Source of the DNA: Syntrophales bacterium
GTDB lineage: Bacteria; Desulfobacterota; Syntrophia; Syntrophales; UBA2210
Assembly: GCA_963662405.2 (NCBI GenBank)
Contig: CAXXKT010000001.1
Location: 192,001-256,000, forward strand
DNA length: 64,000 nt
Direction: 5' to 3'
Under the pieces are notes generated by a model. It ran no database searches. It was not told the DNA's origin and saw nothing but the letters and a program-made list of their open reading frames with translations. The translations under genes were made by a program, and so were the position numbers. Shown here piece after piece: positions 20,603 through 30,245 of the stretch. Each line of letters begins with the position of its first letter. Positions within the stretch are counted from its first letter, which is position 1.

Positions 20603-22246
20603 CTATGCCGCACGTCCTGCCTTCAAACGTTCAACAAACTGCTCGGCCAGTTTGAACTTCTGGACCTTCCCGCTCGCCGTCATGGGCATCGGCACATTGA
20701 ACTCCCAGTACTTCGGCACCTTATGACGGGCGATCTTGCCGTCACAGAACGCGATCAGTTCCTCCTCCGTCGCCTCTTCACCATCTTTCAACTCGACGGC
20801 TGCGAGAATCTGCTCGCCGTATTTCTCGTCGGGGACTCCGACGACGTACACGTCTTTCACCTTGGGATTTGTGTGTAAAAACTCTTCGAGCTCACGGGGA
20901 TAGATATTTTCTCCGCCGCGGATAATCATGTCCTTTATCCTTCCGGTAATACGGAAGTACCCGTTTTCGTCCATCATCCCCAAGTCACCGGTGTGAAGCC
21001 ACCCCTCTGCGTCAATAATCTCAGTGGTCGCCTCGGGCATCTTGTAATATCCCGCCATGATACAGGGACCTCGGGAGACAATCTCCCCCTGCGTATTCGG
21101 AGGAAGAGGAGCCCCCGTCTCGGGATCGGCAATCCGGCACTCGACCCCGTCGAGGATCTTCCCGACCGTCGCCACGCGGAGATCAACCGGATCATTTCGG
21201 CGCGTCATGGTGATGACGGGAGATGTCTCGGTGGCACCGTACGCAATCGTGACCTCGGAACAGTGCATACGGGTCATAACACCCCTCATCGTCTCTTCCG
21301 GGCAGGGAGCGCCGGCCATGCTTCCGGCCTTGAGCGACGTCATGTCGTATTTCTCAAAATCGGGATGGCTCATAATGGCAATGAACATCGTGGGCACCCC
21401 GTTGATCAGTGTGCACCGCTCCTTTTCTATATATGTCAAAGCCTTCAGAGGATCGAAGCTCTCCATGGCAACCATCGTTACCCCGTGACAGACGGAGCTG
21501 AGAGAAGTCGTGACGCACCCGTAGCAGTGGAACAAGGGAACCTGGATCAGCATACGGTCACCCGCCTGCATCCCCAGCACATTTCCCGTCATGATGGCGT
21601 TGTTGATAATATTGCGATGGGTGAGCATGACCCCCTTCGGGAACCCGGTTGTACCGGAGGTATACTGCATGTTGACGACATCGTTCGTATCGAGGGACTG
21701 TTCACGGGCTTCCAGCTCACTATCCGATACCGCCTCACCCAGGCGAAGGACCTCATCGAAACTCATCGATTTCCCCGGATCCGCTCCATCACCTATGTAT
21801 ACCAAATGTTTGAGACGGGGGAGCTTGTCCGATGCTACCTTCCCGTTTTCGGCTTCCGGCACCACTTCCGCCGCGATCTGGGAAAAGCTCGTTTTACGGT
21901 ATTTCTCGACGTGGACCAGCGCCGTCGAATCGGACTGATTGAGGATATATTCCAGCTCATGTGACTTGTAATTGATATTAACCGTTACCAAAACGGCCCC
22001 TATCATTCCGAGACCGAACTGGAGGTGCACCCACTGGGGAACGTTGGTGGCCCATACGGACACCCGATCACCCTTCTCTACCCCGAGGGCCATAAAACCC
22101 TTGGCAACCTGTGTACAGGAAGCCAGAAACTCACTGTATGTTTCCCTGACATCGAATTCGGGGCATATCAGTGCTTCAACCTCAGGAAATTTCGCCTCTG
22201 CCTCTCTCAGGAGACCACCCATGGTAATGTCTTTGAAACCAGCCAT
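20603..22246 (-). CDS. AMP-dependent acyl-CoA synthetase (paralog 1)
   Basis: YTSGTTGFPKG, YGATE, WLHTGD and GRIKDMIIRGGEN motifs. Confidence 0.95.
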   Translation of the reverse strand: MAGFKDITMGGLLREAEAKFPEVEALICPEFDVRETYSEFLASCTQVAKGFMALGVEKGDRVSVWATNVPQWVHLQFGLGMIGAVLVTVNINYKSHELEYILNQSDSTALVHVEKYRKTSFSQIAAEVVPEAENGKVASDKLPRLKHLVYIGDGADPGKSMSFDEVLRLGEAVSDSELEAREQSLDTNDVVNMQYTSGTTGFPKGVMLTHRNIINNAIMTGNVLGMQAGDRMLIQVPLFHCYGCVTTSLSSVCHGVTMVAMESFDPLKALTYIEKERCTLINGVPTMFIAIMSHPDFEKYDMTSLKAGSMAGAPCPEETMRGVMTRMHCSEVTIAYGATETSPVITMTRRNDPVDLRVATVGKILDGVECRIADPETGAPLPPNTQGEIVSRGPCIMAGYYKMPEATTEIIDAEGWLHTGDLGMMDENGYFRITGRIKDMIIRGGENIYPRELEEFLHTNPKVKDVYVVGVPDEKYGEQILAAVELKDGEEATEEELIAFCDGKIARHKVPKYWEFNVPMPMTASGKVQKFKLAEQFVERLKAGRAA

Positions 22247-22688
22247 TGTCCTCTTTCCTTCCTTAAAAATTATTCTGGTTTCCCTCCTTTTCAGGCCTCC
22301 CTCCCAAGAACCACGAGGCTTGTAATGGTTTCTCCTACAAGTGTCAAGAGAAATACGACTACGAATATCTATTATACCCCCGTGAAACGACCTATTACGT
22401 TTTGTCATCATCGCCAAGACAATCAGGAATATCTTTTATTACAAAGGCATCCATCCAGGATACCTTTTCAGGCAACGCTAAACCGGGGGAATGCGAATTT
22501 ATCCGCAGGAAGGGGAGACGCGCGGGCCCCACCGGGGTGATCACGGATGAAGGAAACACCATTCTGTCTCAGGGGAAAAGATGGGAGCGGCACACCGAGG
22601 AAAAACAGCAAGAGCTCCCGGAACTCGCCGGGATTGGAGTGACGAGACAAAACGTTTCATTGAAGAGACAACGCCTTGTGATGCCTGT

Positions 22689-23867
22689 TCAATCAATAAT
22701 TTCCATGGTTACAATCTTGTTTCTGGCATGAAGAATGGTGATCAGTTCCCGTATATAGATCATCCGCATGGGTTCACCCCGGATAATGTCGGCGACCTGA
22801 TTAGGGTTAATGGCCGTACCCACAATCAGGTGAATATCATCCGCCTCCAGCAGATAACGAGCCAGGCGGGTAGCCGCATCATTGTCCTTCGGCAGGTCAT
22901 AAATAGTCCTCGCGTTACGAATGATTTCAAGTGCCAGCCCGATCGTTAAGATCCCTTCCGTTACCAGGTCAATCCCCTTTATGATCCCCGTGGGCGGTGA
23001 ACCCTTCTTGGGGGATCTTTCACCAACACGTTTCCACGGGGGAACCCATTCGACCTCCAGCTTTTCATTGAGGAGACGAGCCACTATTTGGGCCGTACTG
23101 CCACCGCAGACGATCTTACTTCCTTCGGCAGCCATCAGGCGGGATACCGCGCATTCGTCATTCGACTTGTTGGAGGGCGGTCCGGTCAAAACACGAACGG
23201 AGATCGCCGGTCGCACCTTCATCGAGATGACCGTGGCGTCGTCGCCCGGTTTGTCATTGTAAAGTTTCATGCAGGTTTTGGAAAGCGATTCGGTCAGTTT
23301 CGCGGTATCGACACCGGTCTGTACAAAACGCTTCACGGCAACGGCCACATTGTCCCATCCCCAACCGAGTCGGTAGATCCCGTTCAACCCCGCATGCGTG
23401 TAGCCGTCGCTGATTAAAACCATATAATCGTTTTCCATCAATTCGAAATGCGCTTCCTTGATGATTCTGTCGTTAACCTGCCGCTCCCCGTGGGGTACGG
23501 CGATAATGGTGCCTTCCCGGATCAGGATCAATGGCGGGGAATCAAAAAGAACAAGATGCGCATCCCGGCCGTGATAGACGATCAAAACGGCAAAGGTTGC
23601 ATAGGCCAGTTTGCGGACAGAACATTCCGGGAGAGTTTCGATCAGCGTTTGCACAACATCGTCGACGGTCCCCCCCGCCTCAAACATCCGTGCCGCTATC
23701 TCAGCGGTGAGTGAGGACAAGATACTGGCCTTCACGCCGCTTCCCAGACCATCGGATAAAACGGCGACGAATGAATCCGATTTCGTGCGGACCATGACCG
23801 AGTCGCCGCAGAGCTCTTCGCCGTCTTTATTCAGGCTGTTCCAGCTGGATTCAACGAGCTGCCTCAC
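22689..23867 (-). CDS. SpoIIE/PP2C-family phosphatase (HfsC-like)
   Basis: EELCGD, SDGLGSGVKA, SDG and PGDDAT motifs; C-terminal TGPP/VCGG domain. Confidence 0.9.
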   Translation of the reverse strand: MRQLVESSWNSLNKDGEELCGDSVMVRTKSDSFVAVLSDGLGSGVKASILSSLTAEIAARMFEAGGTVDDVVQTLIETLPECSVRKLAYATFAVLIVYHGRDAHLVLFDSPPLILIREGTIIAVPHGERQVNDRIIKEAHFELMENDYMVLISDGYTHAGLNGIYRLGWGWDNVAVAVKRFVQTGVDTAKLTESLSKTCMKLYNDKPGDDATVISMKVRPAISVRVLTGPPSNKSNDECAVSRLMAAEGSKIVCGGSTAQIVARLLNEKLEVEWVPPWKRVGERSPKKGSPPTGIIKGIDLVTEGILTIGLALEIIRNARTIYDLPKDNDAATRLARYLLEADDIHLIVGTAINPNQVADIIRGEPMRMIYIRELITILHARNKIVTMEIID

Positions 23868-25585
23868 TTCGATTCTTCCTCTTCCAGGATTTTCGCCAGG
23901 TGTGAAATGATCACTTTACTTTCCGCGGTTGTTTCACCAAGAAGATGGGCTATTTCGTGAGCTACCCGCATTTGTTTTTGGACCACCTCCTGGGTCTGTT
24001 CGAGGGTCTGAGCCCGCAGTTTTCGAAATTTCTGTTTTTGTGCCTCATGCTCCGTGATATTGCGCATAATGGCGACAAGAAGGGGTTGCCCTTCCACACG
24101 AACGATGTTTTGCTCTACCGTCAGGTTCTCATTAAGGTGTTTGATTTGAGCGATGACGGGTGTTCCGGTTTTACATACGGAAACAAAATCTTCATAATGG
24201 GGAATCAGCCTCGAAATGTGTTTGTCCTTGACGTCAGCGAGCAGGCGGCCAAACAGTTTTTCCGCCGAGGGAGACAGATCCTGAATACCAAGGTGATCGT
24301 CCATAATGATAATAGCATTCGGGGACACATCCATAACGACTTGGCGCAGGGATTCAGATCGTTGGCGCATATAGGGAATACACATGGTGACTTCCGCCAT
24401 GCCACGCAGTGTGGCGATGGCCTTTTCCCGGCAGCTCGGATAGCCGCAGGCCCCACAGTTGAACTCGTCCTTCGGCGTGGATTTGTTGATACGTCTGAGT
24501 ACGTCACGAATCTGTTTTTCGCTGAATTCCGGAATCGGCTGCCTTTTATTGGTGTAGGTGCGGGACAGGTCCGGCCAATGTTTCCGTAAAGGAAGATCAT
24601 ATGCCGGTTGATGCCGATAATATTCGAGAATCTTCTGGCGAGATGCGTAAATACCTCCGGGCAAATCGTTCATGGCAGGACCATTGATACACCCCCCTGT
24701 ACAGGCCATCAGTTCCACGAGCGATGCGTTCAACTGACCGGCGCGGATGTCACTCAGGATATTGTTGCAGGTTTCCAGGCCGGAGGCCACGACCCTTGTG
24801 TTCTCCAGAAGGCTGGTACCGAGACCCGTCGTTCCGATCAGACTCCCCTCCAGTGGAAATGGTCGCGTATTTTTTTCATTGGACGGTTCGGGTGGACTAT
24901 CGGTTGGTTGTATGGAGATATCGGCTTCTTTAAACAGGTCGGCCAGACCGCGAAAGGTCATGGCCACCGAAACCACACCGGCCAAGGCCTCGTCCTCAAT
25001 TTCCATTTTTTCCGCGATACAGGGACCGATGAAAACGATGAAGGCGTCGGGTCCGTATTTCTGAAGCAGCCAGCGGCCATGGGCGATCATCGGCGAAACA
25101 ACCGGCGCCAGATGGGGGATCAGGTCGGGATGATATTTTTCGATCAGATTGACAATAACCGGGCACGATGACGTGATCACCGGGCACCGGTGAGGCATTT
25201 CCTCAATATACGCCTGGTGGGCACGGCTGACCATTTCCGCACCGAGAGCGGTTTCCTCCGCAGCGGAAAAACCCAATTTTCGAAGAGCCACTGCCATTTC
25301 AGAAAAGTGGCGGAAATTGAAATATGCGGGCGCCGACGACGCAACCGATGCGATAAGTTTTCGACCCTCTTTGATTGCCTGTTTGACGCTCGGTATCGCG
25401 CTGGGAATGGCCATGGCCTTTTGTGGACAGATGCTGATACAGGTCCCGCAGAGGATACACAGCTCAGGCACTACCGTGGCCTGTCCCTCCTGAACACGAA
25501 TAGCTTTGACATCGCAATGCCGCACGCACCGGTAACAATCGCGGCAGCGGGCAGGATTGGTTATGATAAACGGTTTTCCCATCAT
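23864..25585 (-). CDS. Putative sensory [FeFe]-hydrogenase with PAS domain (group C, HfsB/HydS-like)
   Basis: N-terminal 2x4Fe-4S; TSSCP, GPCIAEKME and ELMACTGGCING motifs; NCGACGY FeS domain; C-terminal PAS. Confidence 0.88.
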   Translation of the reverse strand: MMGKPFIITNPARCRDCYRCVRHCDVKAIRVQEGQATVVPELCILCGTCISICPQKAMAIPSAIPSVKQAIKEGRKLIASVASSAPAYFNFRHFSEMAVALRKLGFSAAEETALGAEMVSRAHQAYIEEMPHRCPVITSSCPVIVNLIEKYHPDLIPHLAPVVSPMIAHGRWLLQKYGPDAFIVFIGPCIAEKMEIEDEALAGVVSVAMTFRGLADLFKEADISIQPTDSPPEPSNEKNTRPFPLEGSLIGTTGLGTSLLENTRVVASGLETCNNILSDIRAGQLNASLVELMACTGGCINGPAMNDLPGGIYASRQKILEYYRHQPAYDLPLRKHWPDLSRTYTNKRQPIPEFSEKQIRDVLRRINKSTPKDEFNCGACGYPSCREKAIATLRGMAEVTMCIPYMRQRSESLRQVVMDVSPNAIIIMDDHLGIQDLSPSAEKLFGRLLADVKDKHISRLIPHYEDFVSVCKTGTPVIAQIKHLNENLTVEQNIVRVEGQPLLVAIMRNITEHEAQKQKFRKLRAQTLEQTQEVVQKQMRVAHEIAHLLGETTAESKVIISHLAKILEEEESK

Positions 25586-25893
25586 GATTCCTTGCCCTTT
25601 TGTATCGATGAAACGTGTTTATTTGTTTCCTTCGATAAGAGTGTGGCATCGACATTCCCCAAGATCTCTTTATAGAAAAACTCCTCGGCCTGCCGGGGAT
25701 GGATACCACTGAATGAGCGGTCGCCGACACGTACGGAGACACCGTTGGAACAACTATCCATACAGAATGCACCGACAATATCGACCAGTCCCTGGAGTTT
25801 TTCTTTTTCAATTAGACGGTATAGTGCCAAAGCCAGCTCATCGGAGCCACGCAAGCTGCATGAACTGCCGACACAAATCGTTACCACCAGCAT
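25582..25893 (-). CDS. Thioredoxin-like 2Fe-2S ferredoxin (HfsA-like)
   Basis: ICVGSSC..RG and FCMDSC motifs. Confidence 0.85.
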   Translation of the reverse strand: MLVVTICVGSSCSLRGSDELALALYRLIEKEKLQGLVDIVGAFCMDSCSNGVSVRVGDRSFSGIHPRQAEEFFYKEILGNVDATLLSKETNKHVSSIQKGKES

Positions 25894-26022
25894 CCTCTTC
25901 CCCCGCTCACACCACCGGATACATCGGCAATGGTCATTTCATCCCTGATCCATAACACCCCAAAGGTGTTGCCTTCCGCCGGGATTTCAGGGCCCCGTGT
26001 CCCTTTCAAAGAGGTCCTCATA

Positions 26023-26535
26023 TCATGCTTCATGCACAATGAGTCTGGCCCGTTTACCCCGAAAAACCTGCCGCCGCGGCAGCGTTATGGTGATATTGGT
26101 ACCTGTCGGTCCTTTATTGGAATCCGCGTTGGATTCGATGGCGATCGTACCGCGATGGGCCTTGACAGTGGCGTACGCCAAAGGGAGACCCAAACCGGTA
26201 CCGGCGCCAACCGGCTTAGTCGTAAAAAAGGGCGTAAACAGCAAAGGAATATTTTCTTCCGCTATACCTCCTCCCGTATCAATCAACGAAACGGTTATCT
26301 GCCGTTCATCTCCCGTAACCGCAATTGTCAACGTTCCGCTGCCGGGCATGGACTCTACGGCGTTTCGTTCCAGATCGATCAAGACGGAGACCATCTGATC
26401 GTGATCAATCAGGATCGTTTCATCATCCAATGAGGATGTCAATTCGACAGCAATCCGGTCGCGGCACGGCAGACTCAAGAGACTCCTCTCAATGACCTTC
26501 ATGATATTGGCTTCTCTGAATCGCAGACCCTGCAA
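26023..26535 (-). CDS. Stand-alone histidine-kinase-type HATPase_c domain protein
   Basis: N, G1 (DTGGGI), F (PFFTTK) and G2 (GTGLGL) boxes, no H-box; TTG start with GGAG RBS. Confidence 0.8.
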   Translation of the reverse strand: MQGLRFREANIMKVIERSLLSLPCRDRIAVELTSSLDDETILIDHDQMVSVLIDLERNAVESMPGSGTLTIAVTGDERQITVSLIDTGGGIAEENIPLLFTPFFTTKPVGAGTGLGLPLAYATVKAHRGTIAIESNADSNKGPTGTNITITLPRRQVFRGKRARLIVHEA

Positions 26536-26987
26536 GTGTTTAATTCTCCCTCCGATCTTCTGCTATTATTACACAACAGAGCCCTGTTCTTCAAATAGAG
26601 ATATCCTTAGTTCTTCCATCAGCACGATCATCTTATACTGACGCTACCTCGACATCGCAGGGGTCGCGTTACCGTCTCATCGGTACGGGAGGAGAAGTTC
26701 GCCGCCCCATTCCCGGCTCGCGTATCTTGTGCCGGCCTGTTTCTCCCGGGGACCGGAGCGGGACAAGGTGCAAAACAACCTTGTCCACAGGGGGATGAAT
26801 GAGAGGATATCATGCGGTTGATCAGGAGCGGAGAGAGCGCCACTCGTTCGCAGGGCACAGGAAAGCGTCGTATCATGGAAACGAAATCGAGAAGAGATAC
26901 GGTTTTCATAACCGTTTGTATTTTTCGGCACGGGGTTCTTGGATGGGTGAAAGACTGTCCGGAAATCATGGAAGGAGAAAGATGACC

Positions 26988-28100
26988 CTATTCTCCGTTG
27001 AGATCCTTTATCATCCTGACACAATTCTTGCCGGATTTTTTCCCTTGGTATAAGGCATTGTCGGCGCGCGCGATGCATGCATCAACACCCTCATCCTCCC
27101 GACATTCATCGACCCCGAGGGTCATGGTCACGGCAAGTTCATTCTCCCCCTGCACAACGGGTGATAACGCGATGGTTTTTCTGATTCGTTCCGCAACGGC
27201 GACGGCGGTCCTCAACTCCGTGTCGGGAAGAAGCACCAGAAATTCCTCTCCCCCCCACCGGGCGACGCTGTCCTGCTCGCGCAGAACGCCCCGCATTCTT
27301 TGACTTACCAGTACGAGGGCCTGGTCCCCGGCTTCATGTCCGTATCGATCATTGACGATCTTGAAATCATCAATATCCGCAATAATGAAAGAAAGGGGCC
27401 GGTGGGAACGTCTGCGACGCGTTTTTTCGTACTCGGCTATGCCAATAATGTGGCGGCGGTTATATAATCCCGTCAGGGAGTCCGTTGCCGCCATCACCCG
27501 TAACCGCTGTTCAACCTTACCGACGGTCCGGCTGTAGAAATAGGCCAGATAGCCAAGAACCACAAAACAAACCGCAATATTCAGATATCTCAAAACCGCA
27601 AGAGCCAAAGGATCGACGACGTTCAGGGGTGGAACAAACCTCATGACCACATCCATCCCCATATAGATGAGGCCCAATAATACCGCCAGGGTTAATTTGC
27701 TGCCGGGCTTGCGGGTGGTACTGACAAAGATAAGGGGAATAAAGAGGAGCAGGTAATAGTGAAACCCACTGTCCCACCCCAACGATCCCACGGCCAGAGC
27801 GGCATGGGTGATGACCTCCGCCCATGCCAATATAAGCACCGCCCTGTTTCGTTTCTGTCGTAAAAGCCCGACGCACAGGACATAAACCGCTACGCTGCCG
27901 ACATTGACTACGGCCAGGATCCTGGCGCCAATCACGTAGAAAAGGACGATAAATATCGCGTGAGCGATCAGCGCAATCCATATCCCGCGCGTCAGAAGCA
28001 TCCAGTACCGCTTACTGGTTGCGGTATGGGATAACTGCGGTTTTAGGGATGCTTCGTTTGGCATTGATAGGTCATGATCGAACACAGACACCCTCTCCAT
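26988..28100 (-). CDS. Membrane-bound diguanylate cyclase (GGDEF)
   Basis: About 6 TM helices; TDSLTGLYNRR, DIDDFK and RWGGEEF motifs. Confidence 0.95.
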   Translation of the reverse strand: MERVSVFDHDLSMPNEASLKPQLSHTATSKRYWMLLTRGIWIALIAHAIFIVLFYVIGARILAVVNVGSVAVYVLCVGLLRQKRNRAVLILAWAEVITHAALAVGSLGWDSGFHYYLLLFIPLIFVSTTRKPGSKLTLAVLLGLIYMGMDVVMRFVPPLNVVDPLALAVLRYLNIAVCFVVLGYLAYFYSRTVGKVEQRLRVMAATDSLTGLYNRRHIIGIAEYEKTRRRRSHRPLSFIIADIDDFKIVNDRYGHEAGDQALVLVSQRMRGVLREQDSVARWGGEEFLVLLPDTELRTAVAVAERIRKTIALSPVVQGENELAVTMTLGVDECREDEGVDACIARADNALYQGKKSGKNCVRMIKDLNGE

Positions 28101-28151
28101 GGCTCACCCCGCCCTTGTACGGTGTTTGAGGAGACACAAACATATACCTAG

Positions 28152-28178
28152 TGATCGGCAATTGGACGAATTTCTTGA
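28152..28178 (-). promoter_or_regulatory. Possible sigma28 (FliA)-type promoter for the GGDEF gene
   Basis: Minus strand TCAA-N15-GCCGATCA versus consensus TAAA-N15-GCCGATAA. Confidence 0.45.
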
Positions 28179-28290
28179 GTCCGCACCTCAAAAGGCAGGC
28201 CTTTCTTGCATAAGTGCTCAGGCACGGGGGATCAAATCCTCTTCGATACCCCCTCCGAGGGAGCGGGGGGGGGGGGGATAAATGGTCACG

Positions 28291-29949
28291 CTAGGACAAA
28301 TCGTTTTCCTTTCCCTGCCGCCGCGCCACAAATTGCTCCGCCAGCTTGAACTTCTGAACCTTCCCGCTCGCGGTCAGCGGGATCGGAGCATTAAATTCCC
28401 AGTACTTCGGTATCTTGTGCCGGGCGATTTTCCCGGTGCAGAATTCCCCAAACTCGTCCGCAGTCGCCGTTTCACCGTCTTTCAACGCCACGGACGCCAG
28501 GATCTGTTCACCATACCTCTTATCGGGAATTCCGACCACGTATACATCTTTCACCTTGGGATGACGGGAGAGAAATTCCTCGATCTCCCGAGGATAAATG
28601 TTTTCTCCCCCCCTGATAATCATGTCCTTGATCCGCCCGGTTACCCGGAAATAGCCTTCAGCGTCCACCGCCCCCAGGTCTCCCGTGTGAAGCCATCCCT
28701 CTGCGTCAATGGCCTCCGCCGTCTCTTGAGGCATCTTGTAATACCCCTTCATTACGCAGGGGCTTCTCGTGACAATCTCCCCCTGCGTATCGGGGGGAAG
28801 ATCCTTCCCCGTTTCCGGATCAACCACCCTCCCCTCAACACCGTCAAAAAGTCTTCCCACCGTCGATACACGGAGATCCACCGGGTCGTCTCTTCGTGTC
28901 ATGGTCATAACGGGAGACGATTCTGTCTGACCATACGCGATGGTGATTTCGGGACAGTGCATCCGTGTCATAACGCTTTTCATCGCCTCCTCCGGACAGG
29001 GCGCCCCCGCCATGATGCCGGTCCTCAGTGAAGACAGATCGAATTTCTCAAAGTCCGGGTGGTTCAGAATGGCGATAAACATCGTGGGGACTCCATTGAT
29101 AGCCGTACAACGCTCCTTCTCTACAAACTCCAGTGCCTTAAGGGGATCAAAACTCTCCATTACGATCATCGTCGAGCCGTGATATACACAGTTGAGGGAA
29201 CTCATGACACACCCGAAACAATGGAAAAGCGGTACCTGGATCAGGAGACGATCCTCCTCGGTCATGCCCATAACGTCACCCACCATCCCCGCGTTGTTGA
29301 TAATATTATGATGCGTCAGCATTACCCCTTTAGGGAACCCGGTCGTCCCGGAGGTATACTGCATATTGACCACGTCGTCTACATCAACAGACATTTCACG
29401 ATTCCGCAGCTCTTCATTCGAAACCGCTCCGCCCAACCGCACGACATCATCAAAACAGCACGTTCTTCCCTCACACCCTTTATTTCCTATACGTATAATA
29501 TTCTTGAGAGAAGGGAGCCGATTCGATCGTACCTTCTCCACATCGGGGCCTTCGATTTCAGGCACCATCTCCCATACAATACGCGAAAAACTCGTTCCTC
29601 GGTATTCCTCGACATGGACCAGCGTTGTAGAATCCGATTGGTTGAGGATATATTCCAGTTCATGCGACTTGTAATTGGTATTGACCGTGACCAGGACAGC
29701 TCCGATCATCCCGAGACCGAACTGCAGGTACAGCCACTGTGGAACATTGGTGGTCCAGACAGAAACATGATCACCCTTCTTGACACCGATCGCCATGAAA
29801 CCCTTGGCAACCTTCGTACAGGAGTCGAGAAAATCGCTGTACGTCTCCCGTACGCCAAACTCAGGACAGATAAGCGCATCACGTTCAGGAAATGCGGACG
29901 CGCTCCTCCTCAGAAGTTTACCCATGCTCATGTTTCCAAACTCAGACAT
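28291..29949 (-). CDS. AMP-dependent acyl-CoA synthetase (paralog 2)
   Basis: Same motifs as 20603-22246 and alignable with it end to end. Confidence 0.95.
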   Translation of the reverse strand: MSEFGNMSMGKLLRRSASAFPERDALICPEFGVRETYSDFLDSCTKVAKGFMAIGVKKGDHVSVWTTNVPQWLYLQFGLGMIGAVLVTVNTNYKSHELEYILNQSDSTTLVHVEEYRGTSFSRIVWEMVPEIEGPDVEKVRSNRLPSLKNIIRIGNKGCEGRTCCFDDVVRLGGAVSNEELRNREMSVDVDDVVNMQYTSGTTGFPKGVMLTHHNIINNAGMVGDVMGMTEEDRLLIQVPLFHCFGCVMSSLNCVYHGSTMIVMESFDPLKALEFVEKERCTAINGVPTMFIAILNHPDFEKFDLSSLRTGIMAGAPCPEEAMKSVMTRMHCPEITIAYGQTESSPVMTMTRRDDPVDLRVSTVGRLFDGVEGRVVDPETGKDLPPDTQGEIVTRSPCVMKGYYKMPQETAEAIDAEGWLHTGDLGAVDAEGYFRVTGRIKDMIIRGGENIYPREIEEFLSRHPKVKDVYVVGIPDKRYGEQILASVALKDGETATADEFGEFCTGKIARHKIPKYWEFNAPIPLTASGKVQKFKLAEQFVARRQGKENDLS

Positions 29950-30245
29950 ATCACCTCTTTATCAATAGATTTGATATATTAGGAATAGAGCAGATATCCA
30001 ATGTGATACTCCCTTGTATAGAGCTTTTTTTATTAGTGTCAAGAAAAATAATGCTAATGAAAACAACGCTATTTCGTGAAACCACCATATGTAGTATCTC
30101 GATTTTAAGGCTACACACTCCATAGTGTTTTTTCTTTACAAAGGGATATGACTCTGATAAATTTCCACAAGGATATTACTGAGGAGAGGTGGGATTCCGT
30201 CCGGTAGGGGAGGCCTTATCGGGACCCGGCCCAGGCTTTTGTCAC

